From Gordius albopunctatus (taxonomy: Eukaryota): DNA of 64,000 bases. The notes below the pieces were generated by a model, which was not told where the DNA came from, made no database searches, and was given only the letters and a program-made list of their open reading frames with translations. The stretch lies in NCBI GenBank assembly GCA_964276515.1, contig OZ193910.1, forward strand, positions 2,666,001 through 2,730,000, given 5' to 3'. This document shows positions 1 through 13,000 of the stretch, piece after piece. The position numbers and the translations under genes are program-made. Each line of letters opens with the position of its first letter. The stretch's first letter is position 1.

Positions 1-1094
1 ATGTCAGGTTGTGAATATATTTTATTTTTAGACATCATACTACTAGTAGAGTTAAAATTACTGAATATGCCTACAATAATAAAATGCAAATAAAAATAAA
101 ATTATGTAAATACAAGTAATAGAACACTTGTTCATATAACTTTATACATAAGTTACTACTTTTAGGTTTTGAGGCTTTTCGATTTCTGTTTATGTGTTAA
201 CTTATTCACAAACTTTTTTTTATAAACTTTCATTAATTTATATGACTATTATATTGGCTTGTATTATGTGGAAAATATAGACTGCTCTTAAAATTAGGGC
301 GACTATTTATTTGAGATTAAGTTATAATAAAGCAATGAAAATCTTTATTATTAACAGCAGTGACACTAAAATCTCCAAGGACCTTCCAGGAATTTCCTCC
401 GCCCCAGACATTAATAAACTTGTTAACTCCCCTACCCCCTCTTTTGACAATATATGCGAAAGAAATTATATTAAAAAAATATACGCATAAAAACAATTCA
501 TGTTATTTGCAGTTTTTTAAGATAAAATTGCGGATATAAAATTAATGGGTTGTAATAAAATTTCGTCCACAACTTAAAGCTTGAGCACAAATTATAATTG
601 AAATTTGGGCATAGCAGGCCAAAAATTTCTCCTTTATATCAGAAGCTAATTAATTTTTAAATTTTTTTGATGCTAGATTACTAAAAAGGTATGGTATTTT
701 TTACAATAAAATCTTAGCCATAACATAATAAAGCTTCAAGGGCCTATCCAGCATTTCAAATAGAGGGGGTGGCGATAATTATTTAGGAAGGGACAAAATG
801 AATATTTTAGCCATATTTTAATAAATTTCAACAAATGTTTGTTTAGATGGGGGCAGAGGCTCCCCCTGCTCCCCCCTTGGCTACGCCCATTGACAAGGTT
901 AAAATAGAAGGTATTAAATGGAAATAAACTCAAGCTTATGTATTAAATTAAAAAGGCAAAGATGGAATTAATCCTAAATAGACGTTAATACAAAAAATTA
1001 GAGTGCGTCTAAAAAATATGGTTTCAAATTTTTTTTAAATATTTTGTCTCCATACGTAAGTTTGTATCATATGTTTTTTTTAAATTCTCATTAC

Positions 1095-4000
1095 ATGCTT
1101 GATTTTTACGATGCCTATTCACTTTATGAACAAGGTGCTCAGGCACTCAAAGAAAAAAAGTTTGAGAAGGCGCGTTGTGTTTTTCAGACTGCTTTGAGCG
1201 TTGATTCGAAAAATGTGCTTTGTCTTGAAAAAATGATGATATTATCATTTGTGACTGGTGAATATTCAAGTACTTTATATGATTTACTTTTAAATGTTTT
1301 AGATTCACTGGTTTTTGCTGAAAAACTTTTGGAATGTGCGCCATATAATGTAAAGGCTGGCTTAATTAAACTTTATTTAGAGACATATAAATCAAACCCT
1401 AAATTTTGCACTTTACTTATTGATAAACCATTTAAGTTCTGCAAAGAAATAATTGATTTAATTCAAGATTACAAGAAAACCTTTTTCCCTTTAAAATTTG
1501 ATGTCAACCTTGTTATCACCTCTCCTGAAAATTTATATTTTTCATGGTATAATCTCTTGAAAATCTATAAGAACACTTTTAATTTTGATATTGTGGTAAG
1601 TTTAACACTTATAATTTATATTTTGATTACTGCTTTGTCAACTACATTATACTTGTGAAATGTAATTATTATCAAATAAATTTCATAAAATATTTCTGTG
1701 TTAAATTATTAAAATATACATTTTTATAATAATTTAGAGTCATTTCAAGTTAATTGATTTCCAGAAATATTATAAAGGTTTAGAACAAAAGATACACATT
1801 TTAGAATCTAAAACATATAATAATGATGGTTTTGATCAAGATTATTGTTTGCAAGATGATGCAGAAAGATCTTTAAAGTTTTCTTTAGAAAGTATTATCT
1901 CAATTTATATATTTATAAATAAATTAATTTAATATCCTATATAGTCTAATATGGCAGGGATTAGGTGCTAAAGTGTTTCACATGTAGAACATTTTGATTT
2001 AAGGGAATTTTGTATTCATTTATTTCATGTTTTGTTGATATGTTTAGATTAAATTATTAAAACTATTGATTAAAATTACCATAAAATACACAAAAGTACA
2101 TTTTCTAAATTTTCATTTTGCCACTGTTATCATATTCCCAATATGTAAATCTATTTAGTTACAATTTAAAGTAAGTTGCATTATCCGCCCCTCCCTTAAT
2201 CATTATGCCCAATCGAATCTAAAAGGACTTAGTCGACATTGGGATTAGAGGTGTGTACGGATCAATCCGATCCGACATCCGATCCAATCCGTCAAAACTC
2301 GGATCGGATCGGATTTAGATTTTAAAAAACTCGGATCGGATCGGATGGATATGAAATTTTTCAAAAACCCCTCGGATCGGATCAAAAAAATATGATCCGT
2401 GCACACCTCTAATTGGGATTAGAGGGGGTCAATAATGATTTAGGGAGGGACAAAAGAAACATTTTTGGATTAAGAGGGGTGGTCCCCCCCCCATGCCAGC
2501 AAAGGTGTAATGGGAAATTAAAGGGAGGCAATAAAATGATTTTTTTTGAAAAACTTTAAGTATAATTTTACTATTTTTTAGACAACGAAGAAATTGTGGC
2601 TCTCTCACCATCAAAAAGATTTTCGAGGAAAAGGAAAAAAATTGAAGCCGTAGATTCTGATGCTGAGCTTTACGTAATCAAAAGAAGATCCGCAAGGGTA
2701 AATATCAAATTTAATATAAGCTAAAACTACAAATGTTGCACGTGCATACTCTAGAGGTTTGCGTATACCATGGTCGTAGCCTTGGGGGAGGGGCAAGGAG
2801 GGGCGGCTGCCCCCCCCCCATCCACTAAAATATGAAATTTTATTTTTTTAGAAATTCAAGGAGGTTTTATTTAGAGTTAGAAAGATATCATTTATCCCAT
2901 ACACTAGTAGACTGCCCTCAACCCCTTTACAGATGTGTTGCCTATTTGAACCGCCATCTTGATAGGTGCTAAGGAAAGTTATCCTTCTTTCTTATGCCCC
3001 TGATAGATTGACTAATCTGGTCTTAAGTTCTACAATCGTGGGGTTTGTTTTGATGAGTTTCTTCCATCTTAATCATCCTCTGTGAGTGCCATGTCTTGAT
3101 TAATCTTAATTAGTTTTCATAACTTTGTCTACTTGCCCTTTCCACACGTCCATGTCCAATACTTTTCGAGACTTACATCATTCGTCTCTCTTCTTACTAA
3201 TAATATATGCCCATGCAACTTTAGCCGATTTTCCTTCATTAAGTCCGCCACCGGTTGGATACCCATTTTTGCTCTGACACTGTCATTTGTCATATGGTCA
3301 AGCTTAGTGTACCCTGAGATCACTGTAGCATTCTTATCTTTCCTCGTGACCGTCTTTGCTCATTAAGGACAATAATTCAGATGAGAATAAGGGTTTTTTG
3401 CAAACATTACTTTTGGATTTTAAAAGGCATCGAATCGGAATTAGAGGAAGGCAACCATGATTTAGGGATGGGCAAAATATTTTGTCTTTGAAATTTTAAC
3501 CATAATTATTTAAAATTAAAAAATATATTAAGAGGGGGGCGGCCAAACGCCCCTTTTTGCCTCCCCACAATGAAAATTAATAGCTTAACATCCCGTGGAT
3601 GAGAAGATTGTAAAATTATCATAAATCCATGGATTTTAAACGCTTCTAACTACTCGTGTTAAATCATTGAATCCACGAATTTGCCCCATCGTTTTTGCAC
3701 ATAGGTTAAAAATGTGAGGAAAAGCAAAGATTCTAGCGTAGTCGAACGTTCCTTCCTGCAAACGTTGCTAAGTGTGGACTCTGACATTTTGCCCCTTCAA
3801 ATGCACACTTTCCTATCCAATAAACGGGCCAACCCCTTGTGGGGTGATTCTCCTCATATCGGACAAATTTCTTCGGCCGTTCTGGGCTTAACCCCCGCCG
3901 CCGTCCATTATATGAAGGTCCGAGGTTCGGCCAAAATTTTGCCACAGCACGTTGTAGCCATTATTGAAGGTAGGCCTAACTCGTTCATTTCCGACCTCGC

Positions 4001-7000
4001 TCGGGCTTTAAACCCAATATATTTTTTTAAACTTTATCGAAAATTTAGCCTAAATTTCTATGTTATTCTTGGGAGGGGGTGGGGTGAATTCTGGGCGTGG
4101 GGGGGGGTAGCCAAGTTTTATTGCAATGATATTTTATAATATCGTTCAACACGTTTGTTTTTATATCATATGCACTAGTATTTTTTTATCAAATTTTTTT
4201 TGCAAAGAAAGAATGAATATAAATGTGGTTCCTTTTAGATCCCCAGGCTGCGAATAACTTAAGCTCGGGTTGCAGTGGCGTTTTGGGTGAAGCAAAATCC
4301 ATGCAAGCCTTTCTAGACCGATTGCTATGTTGTGAAACTAAATATCAAAAAGTAAATCATCGCAAATTTATTCGCAAAAAATGCAATGGCTTATACAAGG
4401 GGCTCCCATTTTATTTATTTTTAACTTTTAACTTGAAAATGCGTACAAAATTATTGTCATTGTCTTCCTAACTCTCGCTTATTATAATTTTTGTGGAATG
4501 TCGGCACAATATTTATCAGACCAAGGTCTGTCTATGTATATTCGACTGAAACCAAAGGTCGAAGAAACAAAACCAGCCACGTTTTTGCAACACTAGCATA
4601 TATACAATTAATTTTAGCATATATAAATTATTATTTACGAAATGTTTTGGGCAGGAATCAACTCTGACTCACCCCATACTGTCGGCCATAAAGCAAACTC
4701 TCATCGAAATCAGCCTCACGTCTACCCATCAGTGTTTAGCGTCGCTATCAGCCCCTTGTCCGCCATCTTCTATAATTTGGAGCTCGGAATTTGGGTGCAT
4801 TTTTTTGGCTGTGTTTTCCAATAACCTGGTAAAACCCTTGTTTGGGGATTTCGATTCTATCACCCTTCTAGGCCTAGCACCCAGCCCCGAATTAAAGAGT
4901 ATTCACAAATTTCTTAATTCTTCGTTAACATAATTTATTTGTTTAAATATTATTTATTTATTTATTTTAATGCAAGGTAGCTCTGGGAGTTCGATGCTAA
5001 CGTTGCTAAACAGCTGGCTACCTAAAGGCTCAACTAGGATCGAGCTCGTCTCGGACGACGCCTATCCTCTAATATTGTTGTTGACGGCTCTCGAATTACA
5101 ACTCGATTTGCATTTAAGTCATCTTATATTAAGAGATGAAATTGAGCAGGGTAATGGTGGGGCAAATAGTAATGGCGATTTTTTGGCCAAAACTCAAGAA
5201 GTCTCACCTAAAAGTATGTGGTAAATAATAATTGTAAATTTGATCAAATTTAATAATAAACCACCTAAATGGTACGATCAACTTAACTTTATGTTCTACC
5301 TTGATTAGTTTTTGATTTATACTAAAATATTCCCTATGTTTTATATCTCAAAATTTCCCCAGAACTTTTAGTATATAAATGACGACGACCTGAACTAAAA
5401 TAGGTCAGCACATTTTAAAACCATACAAGTAGTGTTGTAAAAAGGGGTGGGTTTAGTTTGGTTTGTGGTCTCTATTTATATATCGACCACTAGGTTTGGT
5501 CGAAATTAACAAAACAGACCAGAGTCTAGCGTTATTTTTATTTAAACCAAAGGTTCCCAAATAAAACCCAGCCATTTTTGCAACACTAAGTATTATGAGT
5601 TATTACTCAATAAAAAGGTTATTTTTTATCGAAAATCTATTTTTGATTTTATTTGTTGTTGGGATGTGCAATTGCAATTTAAACTAAATATATAGCCACT
5701 CAAGGTGTTAATTTGGAAGAAGTTGATAAAGGCCAAGAAACACTTTCTCCCGGGAGACGGCCAATTTTCGCTTGCCCTACCTTTTCATCGACGCCCAGTA
5801 TGATTGTTATATATATATCTTATATATAAAAATGAAATATGTGCGTGTGTATGCCTCCACCAATTTTGGAAAACTACCAAACCGATTTGGCTCAAAATTT
5901 CACAGTTTATTCCCCACGCTCCGGAGCATGTTTTAAGATTTGTTCGAGCCAAATCGGTCGAGTAGTTTTCGAGTTTGTTTTATACGTTTTGACGTTTAAT
6001 AAAACGTCAATTAAAACGCAACCTCATGACGTAATGCGTATCTATCGTGTTCTTTGAAAATTTGAATATACAGTTCTTTAGTAAAAGTGTATCATCACTT
6101 ATAGTATTTTCTAGACCGTCATGCGTGTAGGTAGTGTAGTGTGATAAATGTAGGCATGTGCTGCGAAAAATGAAACCTTTTTACGATTTGAAACATTAAA
6201 TCAAAGCCATTTTTTGCTTTTTTCACGTCAATTATTATTATAGGACGGTCGTGTCCCCTCCTGCGTGGCTAAATAAATTTAAAAATCTAATTTTATCATT
6301 TTTTGCGCTTTAAATAAGGAGAAAAATGAAAATACTTTTAACAAAGTGCCAATAAATGTTGATATATCTCAGTTCTTCGGACATTATTTAGTTCAGAATT
6401 AAAAGTTTTATTCAGAAACAAATAATTCTAATTATGATATTGTTTCTAAATTACAAAAAATTAAAAAAAAATTGCTTAAAGGGCCAGGGGGCCAAAGATT
6501 TTTCCCTGGGGGGTTGGACCCTCTTTAACTATTTGTTTAAAAATTTTTGCATAATAAACACTTACCAATTATATTTGATATATTATATAGAACAATAGAA
6601 GTAGAACATATAGACATCAAACTTTATTTTTACTTCAATAACCGCTTTATCATCATATATGCCCTAAAATTCCAACATAATTTAATACACCCCCCGGGTA
6701 AATGGCAAAACAACGTTTGCCGGGTTCATCTAGTCTAGTATATAACTATATATAATTGAAAAGTATATTTTTTTATTATGAAAGTTTGAATGAATTTTTC
6801 CTACAATTTTGACAGTTTCCGAAACATTTATTCCGGGCACCGCTCTAACTAGCATAAGCAACCTGGTTAGTGTGAGATTACGAGATCTCGAAGCACATCT
6901 CATACAAACGGGTAACTTTTGTCGAAGATGTTATGAAGAAGAATTATTACATGGAATTTGTATATGACAACAACTCATTACTACCAGATAATCTCTGTAT

Positions 7001-10000
7001 TTATTGACTTTTTAGAACTTATATTATAGTTATTCATATATGTTTTGCCTTGCAAGATTCATTGCAATATTGAAGATTAATGCTAACTTGACTTAAATAT
7101 CTTAAAGTGAATTCCAGCATTGAAACCCCACAGTTTAACAAATTGAACAGCGGATTTTCTTATTAACATTTTATGGTAAGCTAGGCGTCCCTTTTGCCTG
7201 AGGTTCTTTTTCGATGTGCTCACTTGTGCATTGAGGGAGTGCAACAGTTAAGGAAGTAAGAGTAGAGAGCACTATAGGATTATCTCTCCATACGTGTACT
7301 CTTAACATTGGTTCATTTATACACCTAAATTTCCCAGAATTAGCGTTGCTTTTGTTAACATTTTCCCCAAACATGGCGGCCTATACCCTTACTTAGCATT
7401 TAACAGCTGTTAGCCACGGATCTTCCTCCCCCCCCCAAAAAAAATGCTGCAAAAATTTCTATTTGATAATAAATAGAGAATGGGGAGGAATTAAACTCCT
7501 GCACCAAAAAGATAGATCGTTTTTTGCGTTTCGCCTTGCTCATCCGTTGGTACCGTGTACAAGTCCTAACGCTGTGGTTTCAAGAGCAGTTAGATGGTCA
7601 ACTATTTCGCGACCAAGCACTAAGGTGTCTGGTGTTAATGACCAAGTCGCGGGAATTGTTTACAGACTTACACCAAAAGGTACATAAAGGCGCGAACTAT
7701 TTTGCTATTGAATATTTTTTAAACATGATAGATGTGGGATTATGCTAGCTTTGACGTGGATCTTTTTAAGTTCCTTGTAGTTCGTTTAACCAAAAATTTA
7801 AAACGGTAATTTTAAACTTTACACCTCACCGCTTTGAGAATTTGAATGAGTATTGGGTCAAATAATACTTTAAAACGTAATTTATTAAAATTCTAAAATT
7901 AGGAAGACTTCAGTCGTGACTTCCTGATGGATGTCAGAATTAGGGCAGAAGAAAGGGCTCCTAAAAAAAGAGATTAATATTTACTGATTAGACAATTAAT
8001 TTTGAAATAATTAATATAATTTTAGGGGAAAAGTTAAATGAGTAAATTTGAATTTAGGGTTCCGAAGATGATAAATCGCTACTAAAATTAAACCATTGTA
8101 CGCTGTATAACGTCTGGACCGAGGATACCATCCTGAGCGGGCCTTGGAAACATTTAACAACGAATTTATTGCCTTGCGTCTATCAACAGAATTTACCCAT
8201 CTGCGGCTTAGGGAACTATTCCCGCGTAAAACGTTTTGAAATTTGGATAATTTCAACAATAAGTTTACCTGGTGTTTATTAAGTTTGCCATAATATTTTA
8301 CCAAATACGCACAATTTCATAATTATTGCGTTAGCTTGATCATGATTGTTATGCAATTTATGGGCTCGCTTTTCGTTGTCCGTCCGTCCGTTGTCTAACT
8401 TGTATCTACTGATGTGGGTTCGAATCCCGGCGAGGGCAGATTTTTTTAAAATTAATATATTGACCATTGGCCAAAGTGTGAATCGATTTTTTTTCTTCAT
8501 TTGAATTGCTATATTAGTTTAACATTGATATAATTATCCTGTGCCCCCCCCCCCTACAAAGGCCTATGCTTCTACTGATGTGCCTTTTCTTGTTTTTGCT
8601 GATCTTAACTGATGCTTTTGAAATTTCTATTTCTAAACGGAATAAGATCTTGTTTTAGAGAAGGATTTAAAAGTAAGTCTAAATAGAATGTTTGATTGAT
8701 ATGGCTCGGATTCAACATTTACTCTGATGGACATTCTGAAGTATAAATTTTAATCCAGTCATGTTTTGTCCTTATGTCTCATGTTTTATCAGATAATGCA
8801 AATATATGTTAAAAAATTGTTATTTTGTCATTTTTATGTCATCTATACGAAAAGTCAAATGTGTTTTTTTCATTTTAAAAGCAAATTGTAACTTACTCTA
8901 GCGCGGGATTCCTGTGGACCTTGAATGTTTGAACGATCTCTCGCAAATTGTTCACAAAAAGAATGGCATCGATCTTGGCTTAGATCAACTGGCTATTTAT
9001 TTGGAAGGCGTATTATGGAATAATCTGGTGCCAGAAGCTTCTGTTTCGCGTCTCAAAGGAGTTGCTGAAAAATTGGTGGAATTATTAACTAAGTATATCA
9101 TCATCTTGGACTATACTAGATTCTCAACTAATTGTTGTTCTTTTTGTATAAGAATATAAAAATTTATAATAAACGGTCAATAAAAGTATTGTTAATGCTT
9201 TATGCTTTAATATCCATGTATTTATAATAGAGAAATTAAATGTTAGAAATAGTACAATTAAAACTGATTCAAAATTTGTAACTACTTTTCCTGCTTCTTA
9301 TTAATGTTGGAGCCAGGCTTTTGTTTGTCGTCCTATCGATCTTAGCATCGGACTGTGTTCATTTGTCATTAAGCTGTATGTGTCGCGTTTATATCGTACT
9401 TATTATGCGGGAATTCCCGATGGAGTCATCAATTATTACGAATTTATTTATTTTTATAGTAAACTGGCCGATAATGCCCCCTTTCTCCACACTTGCTTTC
9501 AATGGGACACGAGCAGTGAAAACATTCAAGGTATGATGGTGTGGCAAAAAACGGTTATTTCAATTCATCTTTATACAAGCAACATTTATAACGTTGACAA
9601 CAGCTAAGTTCTTGTTATTAATCCATTTTACAGGGGAAAATATTGCTTCTTTTTTGCACTTTTAACCTAATCGATCTTGAGAATGAGAACTAGGATGCTT
9701 GTGGGTCAGAGATTAAGGGCGTTACCAGAGGGGGGCAGGGATGGGCATCTGCACCCCCCCCTCTAAACTCAAAAATATTTCAAAATCTTTGAAAATTATT
9801 GCTAAAATTAAATAACATTCATTTGTTTCTCATTAAATATCACTGATCCGGCCTATTTTATATTTGCCACATAAGCCATAAACTAATCTAATATATAATA
9901 TCCAAGTTGGCCGGACAATTAAAAACGAGCCCATAATTTGCATAAGAATCGAAAATTAAAAAAAAAATTTGTCCTCTCCGGGGATCGAACTCGAACCTAC

Positions 10001-13000
10001 AAGTCAGAAAACCGGTGTAAATACATTGGAGGGTAACGGACGGACAACCAAAAACGAGCCCATAATTTGCATAGCAATTAATATTAATAATATAACTAAC
10101 CCAAATTATAAGGTAAACCCAACGCGTGGACCCTGTTTTACGAATTGCTGTTATTTTGCGCGACCGCCACATTCAGCTCGGAAACGGCGGTCAAACGACA
10201 TCAGCAAAGTCAAAATGGGAGGAAAGAATCCCCCGGTCCTCCTCTTAGAACTCCAACAGGATCAACAATCTCTGCTGATGGCTTCACTTTTCCCCTACTC
10301 CCTTTCGTCGCTCTATACGGGATGATAGGAGTGTAAAGAGAAATGATAAATATTGTAGCCAGGTTTTGGGCACTAATCGCTTTGTTTGAGCCTTTATTGT
10401 ATGAGAATAAACTTTATTTTGGGTTCGATTTTGGGAAAAGTCTCGCAAAGTTTAGTCAATTATTTAAGCTCTAGAATATGATTAATGGTCGTGGATAAAG
10501 CATTAGGCCAACAATTTTCTCGCCATAGTCTATATAATGAGCCCTTTTAACCCGCTCGATTAATAGTTTTTGTTTTCAGTTATAATACTTTATACATCCT
10601 GGATCATATGAGGCTTTGTAATGTGAGATATGTAATATTGTTTAAAAATTCTCCCGAAGCTTAGTAAACGACTTTTTGAGAATTATAAATCAACAGATAC
10701 AAATCTTACTAATTTATTCCATCTCTGAATTTGTTGTTTTATATTTTAAGGTACGAAAAGCGAGAAAATAGCTTAGATGCGAACCTGAAAAACAAAATGC
10801 CATCTTCCTTGAAGTTTCTAGATCGATGCCACGAGTTTTTGGGGAAGTAAGGTCATTATGTATATAATTTTTGTGATAGAACTCCATACTACAGATTTCA
10901 GAATTTTATTTTTATAGACTTTTATGCTTTAAATGATTTTTGTCAAATCAATATCTAGGCGTCATCCTAAAATATAAGGATGTACTGCATTTTCCATAAT
11001 TAGTTTAAAAAAATAACCTGATCGGTTAGCTAAATGTCAAATTAGGTGACGTATATAAATAAATCTAGAATTTTTGTATAGAATTTGGACAATGACATAT
11101 CAAAGCGAGATTAAAAACGATTATTGCGAAAAATCTACGTTAATGCTAAAATCGATTTTAATGTTTTAGTTAATTGTTCGGCTATTTAAAGCTAAATTTA
11201 TCTTCAAAGAGATAGACGCGAACATCAAACTTTATTAAGTAACTTGGCCTCAATTCGGATGAGGTTTTTTGCGCACTTGTGCAGGAAATAATTGCAAAAG
11301 TTCTATAGAAGAAAGAAAGGTTAATGAGAACGTTTAAGGATTATTTTTCTATCCGTAAGCTTAGCATTCAATTTTATTTGTATTTCTAGGTTTTCCAGAA
11401 AAGCGCCCTTACTCAATAATTATTATTATTATCACTTGGTCGCCAGTCTATCGTCTTATTTGTATACGATTAAAATTATCTTCGTTTCGCACTATTTTAA
11501 GACACGCCCTATGCTCGTTAAACGACGGTCAGTTTCTCAAGCTATATGTGGACTCGTTTTACTCGGAAGCTCAGCGAGTAGCTAATTTGTTGCACAGCCA
11601 TCAGGTGCCCGACCCAAAAGTTGCTCGGGATGCGGGTAATTGTGCTCCACTTTCGGACCACGATATGGTGGCTTTGGAAGATTATAAAGAAACGCTTAAA
11701 GAACGCGTAGAACAGGGCTTCTATTGTACTTACGAGTTCGTGCAGAGAAAGTGGAAGATGAAGTACCTGAAAGATCATGGGCTTCTTCAAAAGGTTTAAA
11801 TTCATAAATGCTTTTTTGAATTACTTATTAAGGCGGTAAATGGGGCGTGTGGGGGGGGTATAGGCTTTGTCTTTGGAATAGAGCTCGCTGGTTTGAATCC
11901 CGCTTTTGTCACATTCTTTCAAAAGATGCAAGAATTATCACATCGTCACCACGGCTATCACGCCTGGATAGCCCAGCGTCACCCCTCATCCAAATATCTG
12001 AAGAAGCTGATCACTTAGTGTGTCTAATCAGCATTCGGAATTTTTTTATAGAGGCGGCGGTAAAAGGAAATGTTTTTTGCTTAATATCGATGTTTTTAAA
12101 TCCTTCTTTCCTATTTTTTGAGGTTACTTTTGCGACTTCTTAGTTTTAATGTGTTTGAAAGTCAAAAAAATGCGTTTAAATGTTTATAAAATCTTAGTTT
12201 CGGATTCTTAGGCAAATGCTCAGGTCCTCTTAACAAATTAAATGTATTATATTTGTTATTTTTCATTAACTAACCTATCAATCAATAGCGAACTGGAGCG
12301 ATTTTAAATTTTGGAAAAATTTAGCCTCGTCTTAGAGTAATCTTAACTATTTTTAGGATGTTTTAATCGTTATCAAATGTGAAATTTATTGATTAAATTG
12401 AAAATTTATCGAAAAGATTCCATTTACTTGGGATCAAGCAGGAACCCTTTTCAACTTCCTCAAACCTTTCGTGCCTCCCGAATTTCATTGCAGAACTTAC
12501 ACGGTAAACAGCGAAGTGAAAGACATGTTGGAATACATGCTGAAATTTTATCACTGTCGCAACGCTAAAACTAATCACCAAGATACGATGGGTACATTCT
12601 TGACGTTAATCTTTCACGAATGTTATAAATAGGAATATGGCAGGAATTTTCTGCCTTTATAAGGAGGTGAGGGGGAAAACTTTCCATAACTAAATTTCTA
12701 ATTTTTTATGACTTTTCCCTGTAATTTATGGCGACTTTACTGTCGCGCTAGCAGCCAATTTGCATTGAATTGATGAATTTCCATTACTTTTGTGTGATCA
12801 AAGCATAGATTACATAGACTGCTCATTGCCATATGTTTCATGTGCTAAAATCTGTGCCATTAGATCCACCATTTTGATCATTCTGCAGTGTCCTCCCTCC
12901 ACTGTTCAAAAATAAAAAGTGAATTTTCCCTCCTCATTAGCTAATAAATATATTAAAGAATGTTAATAAATGATTTTTATATCGCCTTTAAATCACATCA

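Noticed and set aside
4643..4930. Possible solo LTR (TGTT...AACA with AATTAAA)
   Set aside because: No target-site duplication and no second copy in the window; cannot be supported.
8400..8445. Possible tRNA gene (GGTTCGAATCCC)
   Set aside because: Only a T-arm/B-box is present, with no acceptor stem or anticodon arm; part of a dispersed repeat.
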